Shown: positions 12,326-24,389, numbered from the stretch's first letter. The stretch is 64,000 nt of DNA from Lama glama (GCA_028534125.1 CM052817.1:15068001-15132000), one strand, 5' to 3'. Numbers and translations: made by a program. Notes: generated by a model from the letters alone, not told the origin.

Positions 12326-14189
12326 TGAGTTATTATGTTTGGAATTGAAGTGTAGCATGGCAGTTTCCTGAAATTTATAACCACTTCAGTATTTTATATC
12401 ATTTCACTTTCACTCAAAAGGAATGATATTTTTGGTTAATACTTTTATAATAAAAGAGATCATTCCTAATAATAATAATAATTTTAGAAAATATTTAAAT
12501 TTCAAGATGTAACTACACATTGTAGTGAATTATGAAAAGTTGAGATTTTAATTTCATATTTTCATAAAAAATATTTTATATTACTAAGTTTTTGGAAAAC
12601 TTGCATGCAAATATGAACAAGACAAAGGAAAAGGGGTTTCATGATTATATCTGTTGTTTACTCTTCCTTCCTGGTTTCTGTGAGTTTGTAATTCACATTA
12701 GGTTTCACACCAGCAGACAGGGCATCCTCTGACCTTTGGGTTTCTTGAGCATTTAGACACCTGATGGCAATCTTTCATTAAATTTGGCGTAGCAACAGCC
12801 ATTCTGGCAAGTAGGAGAGAACAAAACTTGTTTTTCTTCAGCAATCTTCATACCGCATTTCTGAAAATGTTTCACAATGACAGATGAAACTGAGAGCTTC
12901 GTGTTTCTTCCAGATGAGCATGGTGGCTTTCATCGAGAGAAAGTGATGTGGGTGGATGAGTTCAATGAGAAGTCAAGAAAATGAAGTGTACATGCAGTTC
13001 AGATACATTGAAGGACTTGGGTAAACTGCGCAGAGAGATAAGGATGTGATGTTAACAGGCGGGAAACAAGTTCGGTGAGATTTATATCGTGTTAAAATGC
13101 GGTAGAATCTGGTGAGCCAGCATTCCCTCCCTCCTTCCTCCTTGCTTGGTTTCTCCCTGCTTTTGACTTGCCTTTAAGCTGGGTTTAAAAGATACTGTTT
13201 GGTAAAATGGTAGATATTTCTCCCCAGCAAGAATGAGAAGGGCAGAAATAGGGATCCTTTCTTAAGTCTTCCTACCCATTCAGTGGGTCAACGTTTTCTG
13301 TGACCTTGATGATACAAAAATATTAGGTGAGATTTACCTTTCATCAAGCACCAACTATATGCTAAGACTACGCAATGTGTCTTAATTGCATTTGTCTTCA
13401 TGTAATGGAGAAACTAAGCCAGAGAGGATTTAGTAACTTTCCTAAGTCATTTTGGCAGAGGGTGGATTTGCCTCTGAGACCTAGGCACTCACCACAGAAC
13501 ATACTGCCTTCCTCTGTGTTCCTTGCCCACAGATCCCAACCACTCCCACAGCATGAAATGCCATCTTCATGCTGACAGCTCCCTATCGAGTCTCCACTCT
13601 TTGTCTCTCTTTTGAACAAGACCTATACACTAACCTGCCTAAAGCCATCTCCTTTTAGATATCTCACATCATACATTCCCTCAGGACTAAACTCTGCCCC
13701 ATTTTACTCAATTCCTCCCATTTTAAGAAATAATGCCTAATATGTGATGTCTATGCAGTCTTCATGCCAAATCCTCAGGTGTCATCCTGCACACCCTCCT
13801 CCCCATCACCCACATGCAAACAATCACCAAGTCCGATCCCTTGTGCCTCCAAGATGTATCACCAATCTGACTGCATATCTTAGTCCCCGCCAGCTTGGAC
13901 CAAGCCACCATGACCTGGACCACAACAATAGACTCTTTTTTAAATTCTTTGCTTTTATTGTGAAATATAGCATACACACATTCTATTTTATATAATAGAA
14001 GAATCTAGAGGACTTAAATGTATGTTTAAAAGATAATAATTAAATTATGTCCCTGTATCCACCAACCAGTTTCAGGTTTAGGAATCACCAACATCTTTGA
14101 AGAAGTTGATTTCATGTGCCCCTGCCTCCCAAGAAAACCTCTATCCTGAATTTTGTTAATGATTCCTTTTTTTCTTTATAGTTCTGCCA

Positions 14190-14253
14190 TATATATCTAT
14201 ATCTATATCTATATCTATATCTATATCTATATCTATATCTATATCTATATCTA
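14190..14253. repeat. (TATATC)n microsatellite, about 10 units
   Basis: Directly visible; produces the IYIYIY pseudo-ORF. Confidence 0.95.
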
Positions 14254-14264
14254 CAATATATTAT

Positions 14265-14716
14265 ACAAAGTCATCCCTCCATATTGGTGGAGTATTGGTT
14301 TCAGGAATTGCTGTGCTTACCAAAATTCATGGAGGCTCAAGTCTCATAGTCTGTCCTCCCTCTTCCTGGATTCACCTTCCAGGCATTCAATTAAGCATAA
14401 ACATAGTAGTATATATATAGAAAAAAAATCCATGTGTAAGTGGACTAATGCAGTTCAGACCTGTGTTTTTCAAGGGTCAACAGTATTCTAAAGCTGGCCT
14501 CCCTGTTAGTGGTAACACATCCACAGATTCAACCAACCACAAATTGTGAAGTGCTGTGCTTACAATCCCATCCAAGTTGGTTGAACCTTCAGATGCAGAA
14601 TCAGCAGTTACACAGAGAGAAGAGGATAGACTATGAGACTTGAACATCTGTGGATTGAGGTGTCTGCAGCATGTCTTGGAACAAATCTTCAGTAGATAAT
14701 GAATATCAGCTCTATT
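14265..14716. mobile_element. Composite TcMar-Tigger MITE (MER2/MER46/MER8-related parts)
   Basis: MER2-like outer ends (GTCATCCCTCCATATT...ATTGGTTTCAGGA; TCTTGGAACAAATC...GATAATGA) with an internal Tigger terminus GTAAGTGGAC...GCAGTTCAGACCTGTG...CAAGGGTCAACAGTA. Confidence 0.75.
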
Positions 14717-14790
14717 ATAGTTTTGCTTGGTTTTGAAATGTAAACAAATGGAGTCATAACATGTTTTATTATAGCTTATTCTTTACATCA

Positions 14791-15000
14791 AGAGTTGGGG
14801 CAGTGTCTCATTGGCTGGGCTATTGCCAGGCAAGAAGAAATTCTTCCTTCCTCTGCTGAGTAGTAAAGTAGTAACCTTCTTTCTGTCAGAGATGCAAGAT
14901 ATAGCTCTTCCTGTTGGGTCTACAATTGATATGGAGTGGTAGGGTGTGACAGCTCTGCCTTCCAGCCTCCTGACTCTATGTTAAAGTTTTCTGTTAAACA
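14791..15000 (-). mobile_element. ERV1-like LTR 5' portion, same family as 11318-11771 (chimeric unit, copy 2)
   Basis: Reverse complement aligns to 11318-11540, e.g. GACCCAACAGGAAGAG, CAGAAAGAAGGTTACTACTT, AGCCCAGCCAATGAGA. Confidence 0.9.
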
Positions 15001-15117
15001 AATATACTAACTGGAAAAGATACATGAACTCCAATGTTCATAGCAGCATTATTTACAAAAGCCAATGTATGGAAACAACCTAAGTGTCTATCAACAGATG
15101 AATGGGTAAAGATGTGC

Positions 15118-15155
<38 letters not shown>

Positions 15156-15388
15156 CACACACACACACACACACACATGCACACACTCACAATGGAATAT
15201 TACTCAGTCACAAGAAAGAATGAAATTTTGCCATTTACAAAAATATGGATAGACCCAGAAATTATGTTTAGTGAAACAAGTTGGACAGAGAAACACAAAT
15301 ACTTTATGTTATTATCTATATATGAAATCTAAAAATGAAAAGAATGAATATAACAAAATAGAAACACTCATAGATATAGAGAACAAAC
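15001..15388 (+). mobile_element. L1 3' region lacking its terminal tail (chimeric unit, copy 2)
   Basis: CCAATGTTCATAGCAGCATTATTTAC...AACCTAAGTGTCTATCAACAGATGAATGG...ATAGAGAACAAACTA. Confidence 0.9.
15122..15177. repeat. Compound (TG)n-TATA-(CA)n microsatellite
   Basis: Directly visible. Confidence 0.95.
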
Positions 15389-15829
15389 TACATCAGAATA
15401 ACTGAGAATGATTCTTCTTTTTCTTTCTCAATCCCCACATTCCAACAGTCATCAAATTCTATTGATTTCACCTCAATGTCCCACACAGTTTAAAAAAAAA
15501 AACAAATCTAGAAACTGAAATCTCCTGATTACTAGACAATGTTTAATTTCCATCGCACTATAACATGATTCCCATCTCCTGCCCTATGTTGTTCTGTCCA
15601 GGACATCAAAAGGTCATTGTTCAGTGCTAAGCAGGTCCTTGTTGCTTTGCAGATCAACAAAGTAGTTCTGTGTCCTTAAAGCTAGAAGACAGTGAGAAAA
15701 ATGTGAGAAAAAGTTAAACGTTTTCTGCAGGATAAAGGTCTTACCCATGACTGATCATATGTAATTGGCTATTTTGCCTTGTATCAGTCACTTTCCTAAG
15801 GGGACAACAGGTAAATAACAATACTCTTT

Positions 15830-16060
15830 GGATAATATTTATTGAGGTTTTTCAATGTTTCCAGCATAGTTGTTTGGATTTTCTGTACCTTGTTCAATCC
15901 TCATAACAACACTATGATGTGGATACTATTATTATCTCTATTTTATAGATGAGGCAATTGAGACACAGGGAGGTTAAGAAACTTTCCCAGGGTTTCATAG
16001 GAAGTGAAGGAACTCAGGTATTAACCTAGACAGTTTGTCCCTAAAGCATGATTTTAATTA
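15830..16060 (-). mobile_element. MIR SINE
   Basis: AATCCTCATAACAAC...ATTATTATCTCTATTTTATAGATGAGGCAATTGAGACACAGGGAGGTTAAG. Confidence 0.85.
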
Positions 16061-16364
16061 TGACACTCTAGAGCTCCAGTGGAATAAGATACAATCCCTT
16101 TTTATAAGTGTTTTATAGTTGATGTGGAAGAGAGACCCATAAACATAAAACAGTGGGATAAGTATTATGATCCATTCAATGTATCTTTCTGGTGACTGCT
16201 ATGTAGTGGCTATTTTGCAATGTGCTTTTATTTACATAGTATAGATCAGGGAATATGAACTCGGAGGTTAGAGAGTTTGAGGAGAGTTATTTAACATCTC
16301 AGAACAGTTTTCTCATAATAAAAATGTGAACACTAACATCTATTTCAAAGTTCTACCATCAGTG

Positions 16365-16502
16365 TTTATTTAATTAATTAATTTTTTTGCAGGGGGAGGT
16401 AATTAGGCTTACTTTATATTTTTTAAATGGAGGTGCTGGGGATTGCACCCAGGATTTTGTGCATGCAAGGCAAGCACTCAACCTCTGAGCTATACCCTCC
16501 CC
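16365..16502 (-). mobile_element. tRNA-derived camelid-type SINE (Vic-1-like) inserted in a MIR
   Basis: Antisense GGGGAGGGTATAGCTCAG...CCTGGGTGCAATCCCCAGCACCTCC; degenerate TSD CTACCATCAGTG (16353) / CTACCGTTAGTA (16504). Confidence 0.9.
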
Positions 16503-16719
16503 ACTACCGTTAGTATTAAATAGGTTAATGTATATCAAGCAGTCAGCACATAGTGGGCCAATATGAAAACTTTTATGAGTTGTAGGAGGGCTAATGAAAG
16601 AGGTATCTACAACGTGTCAGATGAACATTAAGGAAGAAATTATTAGTCTAGCCTAGGGCATGGGGGTGTTTCCAACAGCTGACAGAGCACATGATCTAGG
16701 ACTTAAAAGATACACTCTA

Positions 16720-17058
16720 ACTTTCTCTGTTTTCCCTTGCAGCATCAAGATATTCCCCTGGGGAACCACTCTTTCCTCCAGGTATGCACACTCTACCCCC
16801 TGTAGACCTGGCCACTGCTGACATCCATCCTGTTACCCCAAAATGAGCCTCCCAGATACTGAAATAGATACTATAGAAGGCAGAGAAGAGAGATGGCAAG
16901 AATGGGGACCTTTGATAATGCCAACAAGCCATTGGTTCAAGCAACTTTGAGTCTTGATGACCTCTTGACTTTCCAAGCTGTGAGCCAATACAGCAGCTTC
17001 AATGTTGAAGTCTGTTTGAGCTGAGTTTTCTGTTACTTGCAACTGATCCTCCTAACTG
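16720..17058 (+). mobile_element. Old MaLR LTR (MLT1J/K-like)
   Basis: TGTGAGCCAATA...GTCTGTTTGAGCTGAGTTTTCTGTTACTTGCAACTGA...CCTAACTG 3' end. Confidence 0.75.
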
Positions 17059-17059
17059 T

Positions 17060-17420
17060 GGGGAATTCTAGAAGGGAGAGCTACATGTGCAAAGGCTCAC
17101 AGAGAAGAGGGCATGATGGGTTTGGAACTATTATATTGAGAAACGAGGCCAGAAGGTAGGTCAGTGCCAGCTTTTCAAGGAGTTGACTTCCATTTTAATG
17201 AGCTTGGACTCTAGCCTGTAGGCAGTGGGGAGCAATGGTTTTTGAGCAGAGAAGTGACAGGATCATATTTGCATTTTAGAAATATGACTCTGGCTGTGAA
17301 GTTGAGTTTGGACAAGAGAGAACAGGGAAAGCTGAAAGCAGAGAAAAGAGTTGGGAGATAATTGGAATGAAATGAAGTCAAGATGGCAGTAGTGGAGCTA
17401 GAGAGGGAAGGACTGGGTAT
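17060..17420 (-). mobile_element. L2 fragment
   Basis: TGTAGGCAGTGGGGAGC...GAAGTGACAGGATCATATTTGCATTTTAGAAATATGACTCTGGCTG. Confidence 0.8.
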
Positions 17421-18459
17421 CATTTTCTTTCTAGATCCATCTTGTTATTATGTACATACTTTTATGGATCCTCTTTGGCTTTTAATTATGGGCTCGTAGA
17501 TGCCTCACCAGTTACAGTTACATGCTGGCAGACAGAGGACTCTGCTCTCCAGGTGTAGTGCAGAGGCTTCAAAATCCGACATGAGGCATAGAAACTTTCT
17601 CAGTTTTAATATGGCTTTGCTGTCCTTATTCCTACGTCATGATGATGCTCTTCAGCTGGACATTAACAAATGGTACTGAAAGTCTGTGATCATCACAGAC
17701 CACAATTCAGGAAGCCAATTGAAATATCCTTCTGAATTCATAGTTGAGTTCCCCAGTTTCTTCCCTTCCAGGCGGGAGATGCCTCACTAGGGAGAACCAA
17801 AATATTGTCATAAAATTAGTGTTTATTGCCTCTTTTTCCAATATCAGAAAATCTCCAACTAGTTATCATAGCGTTAATTTTGGTTCCCACTCTTCTGAAA
17901 TTTTTCTTTTAGTAGAGGAACATTGGAATTGTATTGAGAAAGAGATGCATAAACAATTGGGAGTTTGGTTTTAAGTATACACATTAAAAAAGCAGGACTT
18001 CATGTCTAGTCTGTCTGGAATTCTGCTTTCATTTGCTTCATGCAGTGTGGTGCAAGTTTAAATGATCAATTAAGCACCTGTTACTGGGTCCAGGGCAGAG
18101 TTATAACTCCATGTTTCCATGAGTAATACCATCTATATCTTGCTCATCTTCTGCTGAACTATGAAGTTATAGGTAGAGTCACATTGGGGGACCTCTAAGG
18201 ATTTAGGCCAGGAAAATCCTTTTCCAATCTCCTTCTAGCACCATCACCACCACCAAATTAAATCTACTCCTATGCCTCAACTTGGATGGATGGGCAGTGA
18301 TACCATTAAAAAAAATTAAATGACAGGTACTTGAAAATATCTTAAAAATGAACTACTCTAGAATGATTAGGCAATGAGTTCAGTTTTCTTGGTTGAAGCT
18401 ATAGATACTAGAAACCATGTATCAAAGTGTAGAGGTGGAACCCATCATGCAGGACTTGC

Positions 18460-18610
18460 CACAAAATAGGTGCCTCAGTTCCCCATCTATTAGGGAGAAG
18501 TGATTATAATATATACCTCTCATGGCTGTTTGAGGAGTAAATAAATTAATATATTTAAATCACTTAAAATGCTACTGGCACATTTTAAGTACCCAATTAA
18601 GTGTCAGCTA
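18460..18610 (+). mobile_element. MIR SINE
   Basis: GTGCCTCAGTTCCCCATCTA...ATACCTCTCATGGCTGTTTGAGGAGTAAAT. Confidence 0.75.
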
Positions 18611-19749
18611 GTATAATATGGTTGTTTGGAGACTCAGGTTTGCTATCAAGTTCCAGCAAGAATGGGCTGGCTGGCTGAATGACCAGTTTGGTAGAACAAA
18701 GGCACATTTGCTGCATTGGGCAGCAGGCACTTGAGTTTGTGAAGGTAAAGGGAGAATGAATATTTTGTATGAATCCATGTGACCACACACAAGAGACATA
18801 TGCACGGAGTGGTCTTAAGTCTTGTCCAAAAGCGGTGAGCAGATCTATGCAAAGAGAGGCTGGAGATGCTACTGGATTCCTAGATGGAAGGGATAAGAGT
18901 TAGCCAGAATAGAGACACATTCACCCCATCTATGAAACTGCAGGTGAGCATGTCAGTGATGGAAGGGCACCAAGTGATCTTGAAAGCATCTTAAGAAAGT
19001 CAGTTATCAACACTGACAACTTCAGAGGGTCAGGGACGAGTCATCGTGATGGTGTCAACTAATAGGAAATGTCCTTCTCCCCTTACTCTCTTCTCTTACC
19101 TCCTTCCTTGTTGGGTTTTGGGGGAAGCCATCAGTAATCTTGTATGGCAAATTGGGGAAGAAGGAAAAGAAGAGGAGAAAAGGCTGGAAAAGGGATTCTC
19201 ATCAATTCAATCCCTCTGACCACAGGCTTTTTATTTATGGAGCCGTCTGAGCCAGAGGAGAGGGAGAAGTTTTCATTTTAATTAAAGATATACTGTTACA
19301 TGGAACTACGTACTTTAATTACTGAACTGAGACAGTGTTTTGTGCCTTAAAGTGACAAAAAAGCTAATTGTCAACTGAAGGATGACCAAAAAAAAAAAAA
19401 AATCATGAGTCCTGCAGAGGTTCCTGTCAGAACTAGAACCATGAGAGTGGGTTTAAAAGGACAATGGGAGACAAAGTAAGGTTGCTTGGTGATTGAATAT
19501 ATGAGTTGTGCCTGTCCAGCATAATGGCTGCACAATTAGCAAATATTTATTGAATGCTGCTACATGCCAGGCCTTGCTCTGGTGCTCAGGATACAGCAAT
19601 GAACAAAGATAAATGTCTACTATTTGGGGAATGAGATTCTACAGGGGAAAATGGATGGCAAAGGAATAAAGAAATGATCCCATAGATTGTATTATGTAAC
19701 AATCAACATGGGAGTAAGAGGAACGGAGTGAGGAGGGGGTAAGTGTGAA

Positions 19750-20900
19750 AGAGTGGGCATCAAGAAGATCTTTCCTGATTGCTTCTCTTTTCTCAGTACA
19801 CTTGGAAGTGACATCATTGTGGGGAGTAAGGGCGATGCAGGAGGTTCTGAAATTTTAAAGGGAAGGTGTAAAATTGTCCCCTAGAATTATGGGAGAGAAA
19901 ACTGAACTGGGAACTGTCAGGCAGCTCTAAGGACCCTCTTGAGAGCGATAGTAATTATTGTAAGTGACAGGAGTGAGCATTTGTGTATGTTTTTCTCCAT
20001 CTTGGTTCAATTACCCTGGTGCAGGCATGGGGTTTGGCCAGGGAATCATGATGGAGGAAGAAAGGGGAAGGGGCTTGAGCCTAATGGCAAAGAACCATGG
20101 AATTTAAGTTGGGGATGGTGAGGAATTAAGGACAAGAGAAGACTGAGGACTAGGGTTGATGGTTTGCTGGTTACTGTGAGGCTTTTTAATTATTTGAGTC
20201 AAGACACAAGACGAGAGTGAGTCAGCTGTAGAGACAAGAAGTGTGACATGAGAAAAGGATGTGGAGATGATGGTGATGACAAGCTCAGGGAATATCCTAA
20301 GGACTGGGTGGCTGAAGTTGAGTGTAGACAACATCATGGAGAAGGGAGGCCAAGAAACAGCTAACCAAGAGGCTAGAATGATAAAAGAACTGTCTATATG
20401 GGTATTGAAATTCACTAAGAATCACAATAGGAGTAATACTGGGGATTAATAATGAGCGAGGTGTTAAAACTGTTAAGAAATGAGGAGTGACTGAGGTTAG
20501 ATTAAGAAGGAGGGTGGTAGTGGTAGTATAGTCAGAGTTAAGTTCAAATCTGGGAATTTCAGTGAAAGAAAGAGATCTAGAAGTGGCTACGAGGTGCAAA
20601 GACGGCACCCTACTCCTGGGCTCAGTGGTATGAGGAGTATGGGAGAGAAAGGAACATACACTTAAGAGTGTGATAGGGGATCTGGTGTCTTCAGCACACA
20701 GCAAGCTTGTGGTTGGAACAAGTGAGAGAAGCAGAAGGGAACGATGATAAAAGGAGAGGTTTGTTGACAACAGACTATGAATTCTAGAAAGCTCACGGGG
20801 AGGGGGATTTGGGGTCAGATTACAAGATATGCAGAATTACAGGGTGGTGAAGGATGACCTGGGAGATGAGACATTTGGTGTGGACTGGTAAATACAGAAG
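19750..20900 (-). mobile_element. L2 internal ORF2 fossil (endonuclease region)
   Basis: Frameshifted minus-strand ORFs give TPIVILS/NFNTHID and PELVIT, resembling the L2 APE motifs IILGDFNIHVD and TLDLVIT. Confidence 0.75.
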
Positions 20901-21096
20901 TACAGTGAGATCAGTCCATCTGACGATCCTGGTTTAGGCTGATCATGGTGGTGAGGATGCTAGACAAGAAGCAGTGGAGGTCTTGCTTGGAGAACTCACT
21001 GCTCTGGGTAGTTCCAAGGTCAGAAAGAGCATGATGATTTAGTCATGTGGGGCTGGGCTGCTGCATTAAACCCTTACACATCTGAGGCAAGTACTT

Positions 21097-21098
<2 letters not shown>

Positions 21099-21132
<34 letters not shown>
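21099..21132. repeat. (TG)17 microsatellite
   Basis: Directly visible. Confidence 0.97.
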
Positions 21133-21135
<3 letters not shown>

Positions 21136-21489
21136 CTAACCTTAATCAGAATAGCTACCCAGAAACAGGGTGAGAAATGACTGAGAATGGATCAATGAGC
21201 TTAGTCACAGACGCATGAGAGTTAAGTGGTTTACAAGTTGTAAATAGGTGACTTTTCATTTTTACGTTTTTTAAAAACAGAGATGCAGAAAAGTAAGTGA
21301 TTTACTCAAAATCACAGCTATTTAGTGAATCAGAACCACTCACCAGGAATATATGAAAACACTATTGAGGTAGCCCTCATCATCATGTTATTTTGTGTTT
21401 ATGTTCAGTTGATAACGATTAGTAATACAGATATGGAGTCTTGGCTTTGCCACCAGCTGTCTGTGTAACTATGGGCAATTTATTTGCTA

Positions 21490-21720
21490 TGTCAATTTGA
21501 GTTCTCCAAGAAGCAGACTCCATGATGGGATTAGACATGCTGAAGATTTATTGGGGGAAGATGCCTGTGATGGATAAAGTGATGAGGAACAGGAGTAGGT
21601 GGGGGAGCAAAGTATAAGTCTGAGGTGTTAAAGAGAGTGAGAAGTGGAGGTGAGTGGAAGGAACCTCAGATTACAGATCAGTCATAAGCAAAGCTGGCCT
21701 GCGAGGTGAGTCCTGCCCAA
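21490..21720 (-). mobile_element. ERVL LTR fragment (LTR16/LTR33-like)
   Basis: TGAGTTCTCCAAGAAGCAGACTC...GATTTATTGGGGGAAGATGCCTGTGA. Confidence 0.65.
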
Positions 21721-22611
21721 CGTGGTCTAATTTCCTTGTCTGGAAGTATTTAAGATACTAAATACAGTACTGAAAACATCTTCCCTTGTCCCCAACATAA
21801 AACCTATGCTTCCATCACATGACAGTATAAGTCACGACCCCTGTGATGGACAGTCTTCCTTTCTACCTTTTATGTTGTTCGTCTGTTGCCTTATGGAGTT
21901 TGTACCCCAAGCAATGTTTGGTAGAAGGAGCGCCACAGTTTTTTTGAATAAACTTCCCATTGATAGTTGTTATTGATTCTTCTTGGCATCTCTGGTTACT
22001 TGAGCCAGTTTTGAGTGGCTGTGGAATCCATGGGCTCCAGTATTGGACTAAGTGAGTTTGACTTCTGGCACCACGACTTAGGAGCTTTATGATTTGGGGA
22101 AGTTGACTCAGGGTGCAAAGGAAGATAATATGAATCACTGTCTCAAACGATTGATGTAAGAAATTAACAAGATACTTCTTGAGACAAGTTAGAAAAATGC
22201 GTGGCACTTAAAAAGTTAGGTTGGTGGATTTAGCTACTAGCATTATTGTCTGTCTGATATTTCTGTCCTTTGGTCTTTATCCACTCAAGTCTTATCTCTT
22301 CCAGTAAAAATCCATGATTCTTGAGAACAGAGAGTATAGGTTAGATATATTCAGTACTCACAAAACAAACACACCTACGTACATGCAAATTCTATTTGAT
22401 CATGGATCTAATGCTAAAAATGTGCCATGAAAAGTGGTGAAATTCAGATTTTGCATAAGCCAAAAAGTCAACAACCTATATAGAGATAAAAACAGGAAAG
22501 GTTTGGACAGACAGAAGTCATGTGTTAGTGGAATATAATCCCCGTAAAGGCAGGGCTGTATTCTCCAGCACTAAGACTGATGCCTGGCCCAGAGAGGCAT
22601 TTCATAAATTC

Positions 22612-22992
22612 TATTTCATTTTATTTTAAGATCAGAACACAATGTGAGATCTACTCTTTTAACAAATGTCGACTATGCAATACATTATTGTTTACTGTAG
22701 GTACAATGTTGTATAGCAGATGTTTGGAAATCACTCATTTTGCTTGACTGAAATTTTATGCCCACTGATTAGTAATTCTTCATATTCCTCTCCCCCTAGC
22801 TCCTAGGGACCATGATTACATTCTTTGATTCTTTGAATTTGATTATTTCAGATACCTCATATAAGTGAAATCATGCAGCATTTGTCTTTCCAGAACCAGT
22901 TTATTTCATTTAACATAATGTCCTCCAAGTTCATCTGTGCTGTTGCACATTGAAGAATTTGAGGCTGAATAGTATTCTCCTGTATGTATATA
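22612..22992 (-). mobile_element. L1MA-like 3' end
   Basis: GAGATCTACTCTTTTAACAAAT...GTACAATGTTGTATAGCAG...CAGATACCTCATATAAGTGAAATCATGCAG. Confidence 0.88.
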
Positions 22993-23211
22993 CAGTCATC
23001 CCTTCATCTCCGTGGACTGTGAATCCACATTAATAAATTCTGATGGAATGGATGAATAACATAATTAGCACTAAAAAATGCCAGAAATTTTGCTTATGTT
23101 CAAATCTCACAAGACTTTAAGATATAATGGCCCCTATATTGAGAATTCAGTTTGGCTGGCTGGTTGGTGAGACATGACCAACTTGATGTCAACAATAAAG
23201 GCTTAATGATT

Positions 23212-23420
23212 GTGTGTGTGTGTGTGTGTAGACATGCTTTCATTTATTTTTGGTAGATACTTGGAGGTAGAATTGCTGGGTAATATGGAAAATTTATATT
23301 TAATGTTTAAAGAAGTTTCCAAACTATTTTTCAAAGTGATTGTACTATATTTCCTTCCTATCCACAATTTATAAGGATTCTAGTTTCTCCAGATTCTCAC
23401 TAATATGTGTTATTGTTTCT
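23212..23420 (-). mobile_element. L1M fragment preceded by (TG)n
   Basis: AGACATGCTTTCATT...GTAGAATTGCTGGGTAATATGG...CCAAACTATTTTTCAAAGTGATTGTAC. Confidence 0.75.
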
Positions 23421-24389
23421 GTTTTTTTCTTTTTTTTAAGGCTTAATGTTAACACTGAATGTCACCAGGAGTCCACGTGTCACTGGGTATTGTTTAGGGG
23501 CTCATTGTTGATGACCAAGATTTCTGCAAGGCTTTCTACTTTTCCTTGTGGTCCAGAGATGTTTGCTGCACTCCAGCCATCATGTCCTTTTTATAAACAG
23601 AAAAGAAAAAGAACAAGAGCATGTTTCCTGCCTAGGGCTGCTCCTCTTAAAGAGACTTCCTTGAAAACCTTGTCTTTAAGAACTTCTACTTAACCTCCCA
23701 CTGGCCACGACCATCTGCAAGAAAAAGGGGAAGATAGGGAGTTCTCTTCTTTATCCTCTTCCTCTTCCCTTTCCTGCTCCATAATTGGGTATATTGTTGG
23801 CTCCAAAAACATGGTTCTGTTGCTAAGGAGCAAGGTGATACTGGTTATGGGGTAGGTAGTAGCAACCTCTATCTTGGTCCCCATTTTATAGGCATAGGTA
23901 GGAAACGGAGGCTCACCCCGTAGAGGTCTTTATTATTTACACTGTGGCTTTAAGGATTTTGTTTATCACATCACACAGTGATCTCTTTGGAGAACCCCAG
24001 AACAAAATCCTGTTGCTACTGATTCTCCAAGCAGCCAGTGGCTTATGAGAACTGGAGATTCTGCAAATGGTTGTTTGTCCTTATGCTCAGTGCTAAGAAG
24101 CACGAGGAAGTGTAGAGGTCTATCTGACAACCATTAAGGGATATTCAACTCTTGCTTCATTTTTCTTTTCCCGAAATTCCTGGCTGGACTACATGCATTT
24201 CTTTAAGGCATGTGAAGCTATTTTGAGGACAAAAAGAGTGTAAGTGAACAATAACACACACATATGTAAATATATCAATGCATAAAATGAAAGATCTGAG
24301 AGTTTGCGTAATAAGCTTTTGTTATGGACAATTAGAGAGGAATCAGGAGTTCACCCTATCTCCATGATTCCAAACTCTGTCCTTCTTCT

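Larger units (their letters stand above)
13936..14790 (-). mobile_element. Old L1M (L1MC/ME-like) 3' fragment interrupted by a microsatellite and a Tigger element
   Basis: TTTATTGTGAAATATAGCATACA...CTATCCTGAATTTTG...; resumes at about 14717 with TAGTTTTGCTTGGTTTTGAA...AAATGGAGTCATA. Confidence 0.7.

Noticed and set aside
20104..20770. ORFs of 157 and 103 aa on the minus strand
   Set aside because: Frameshifted, decayed L2 endonuclease remnants rather than a gene.
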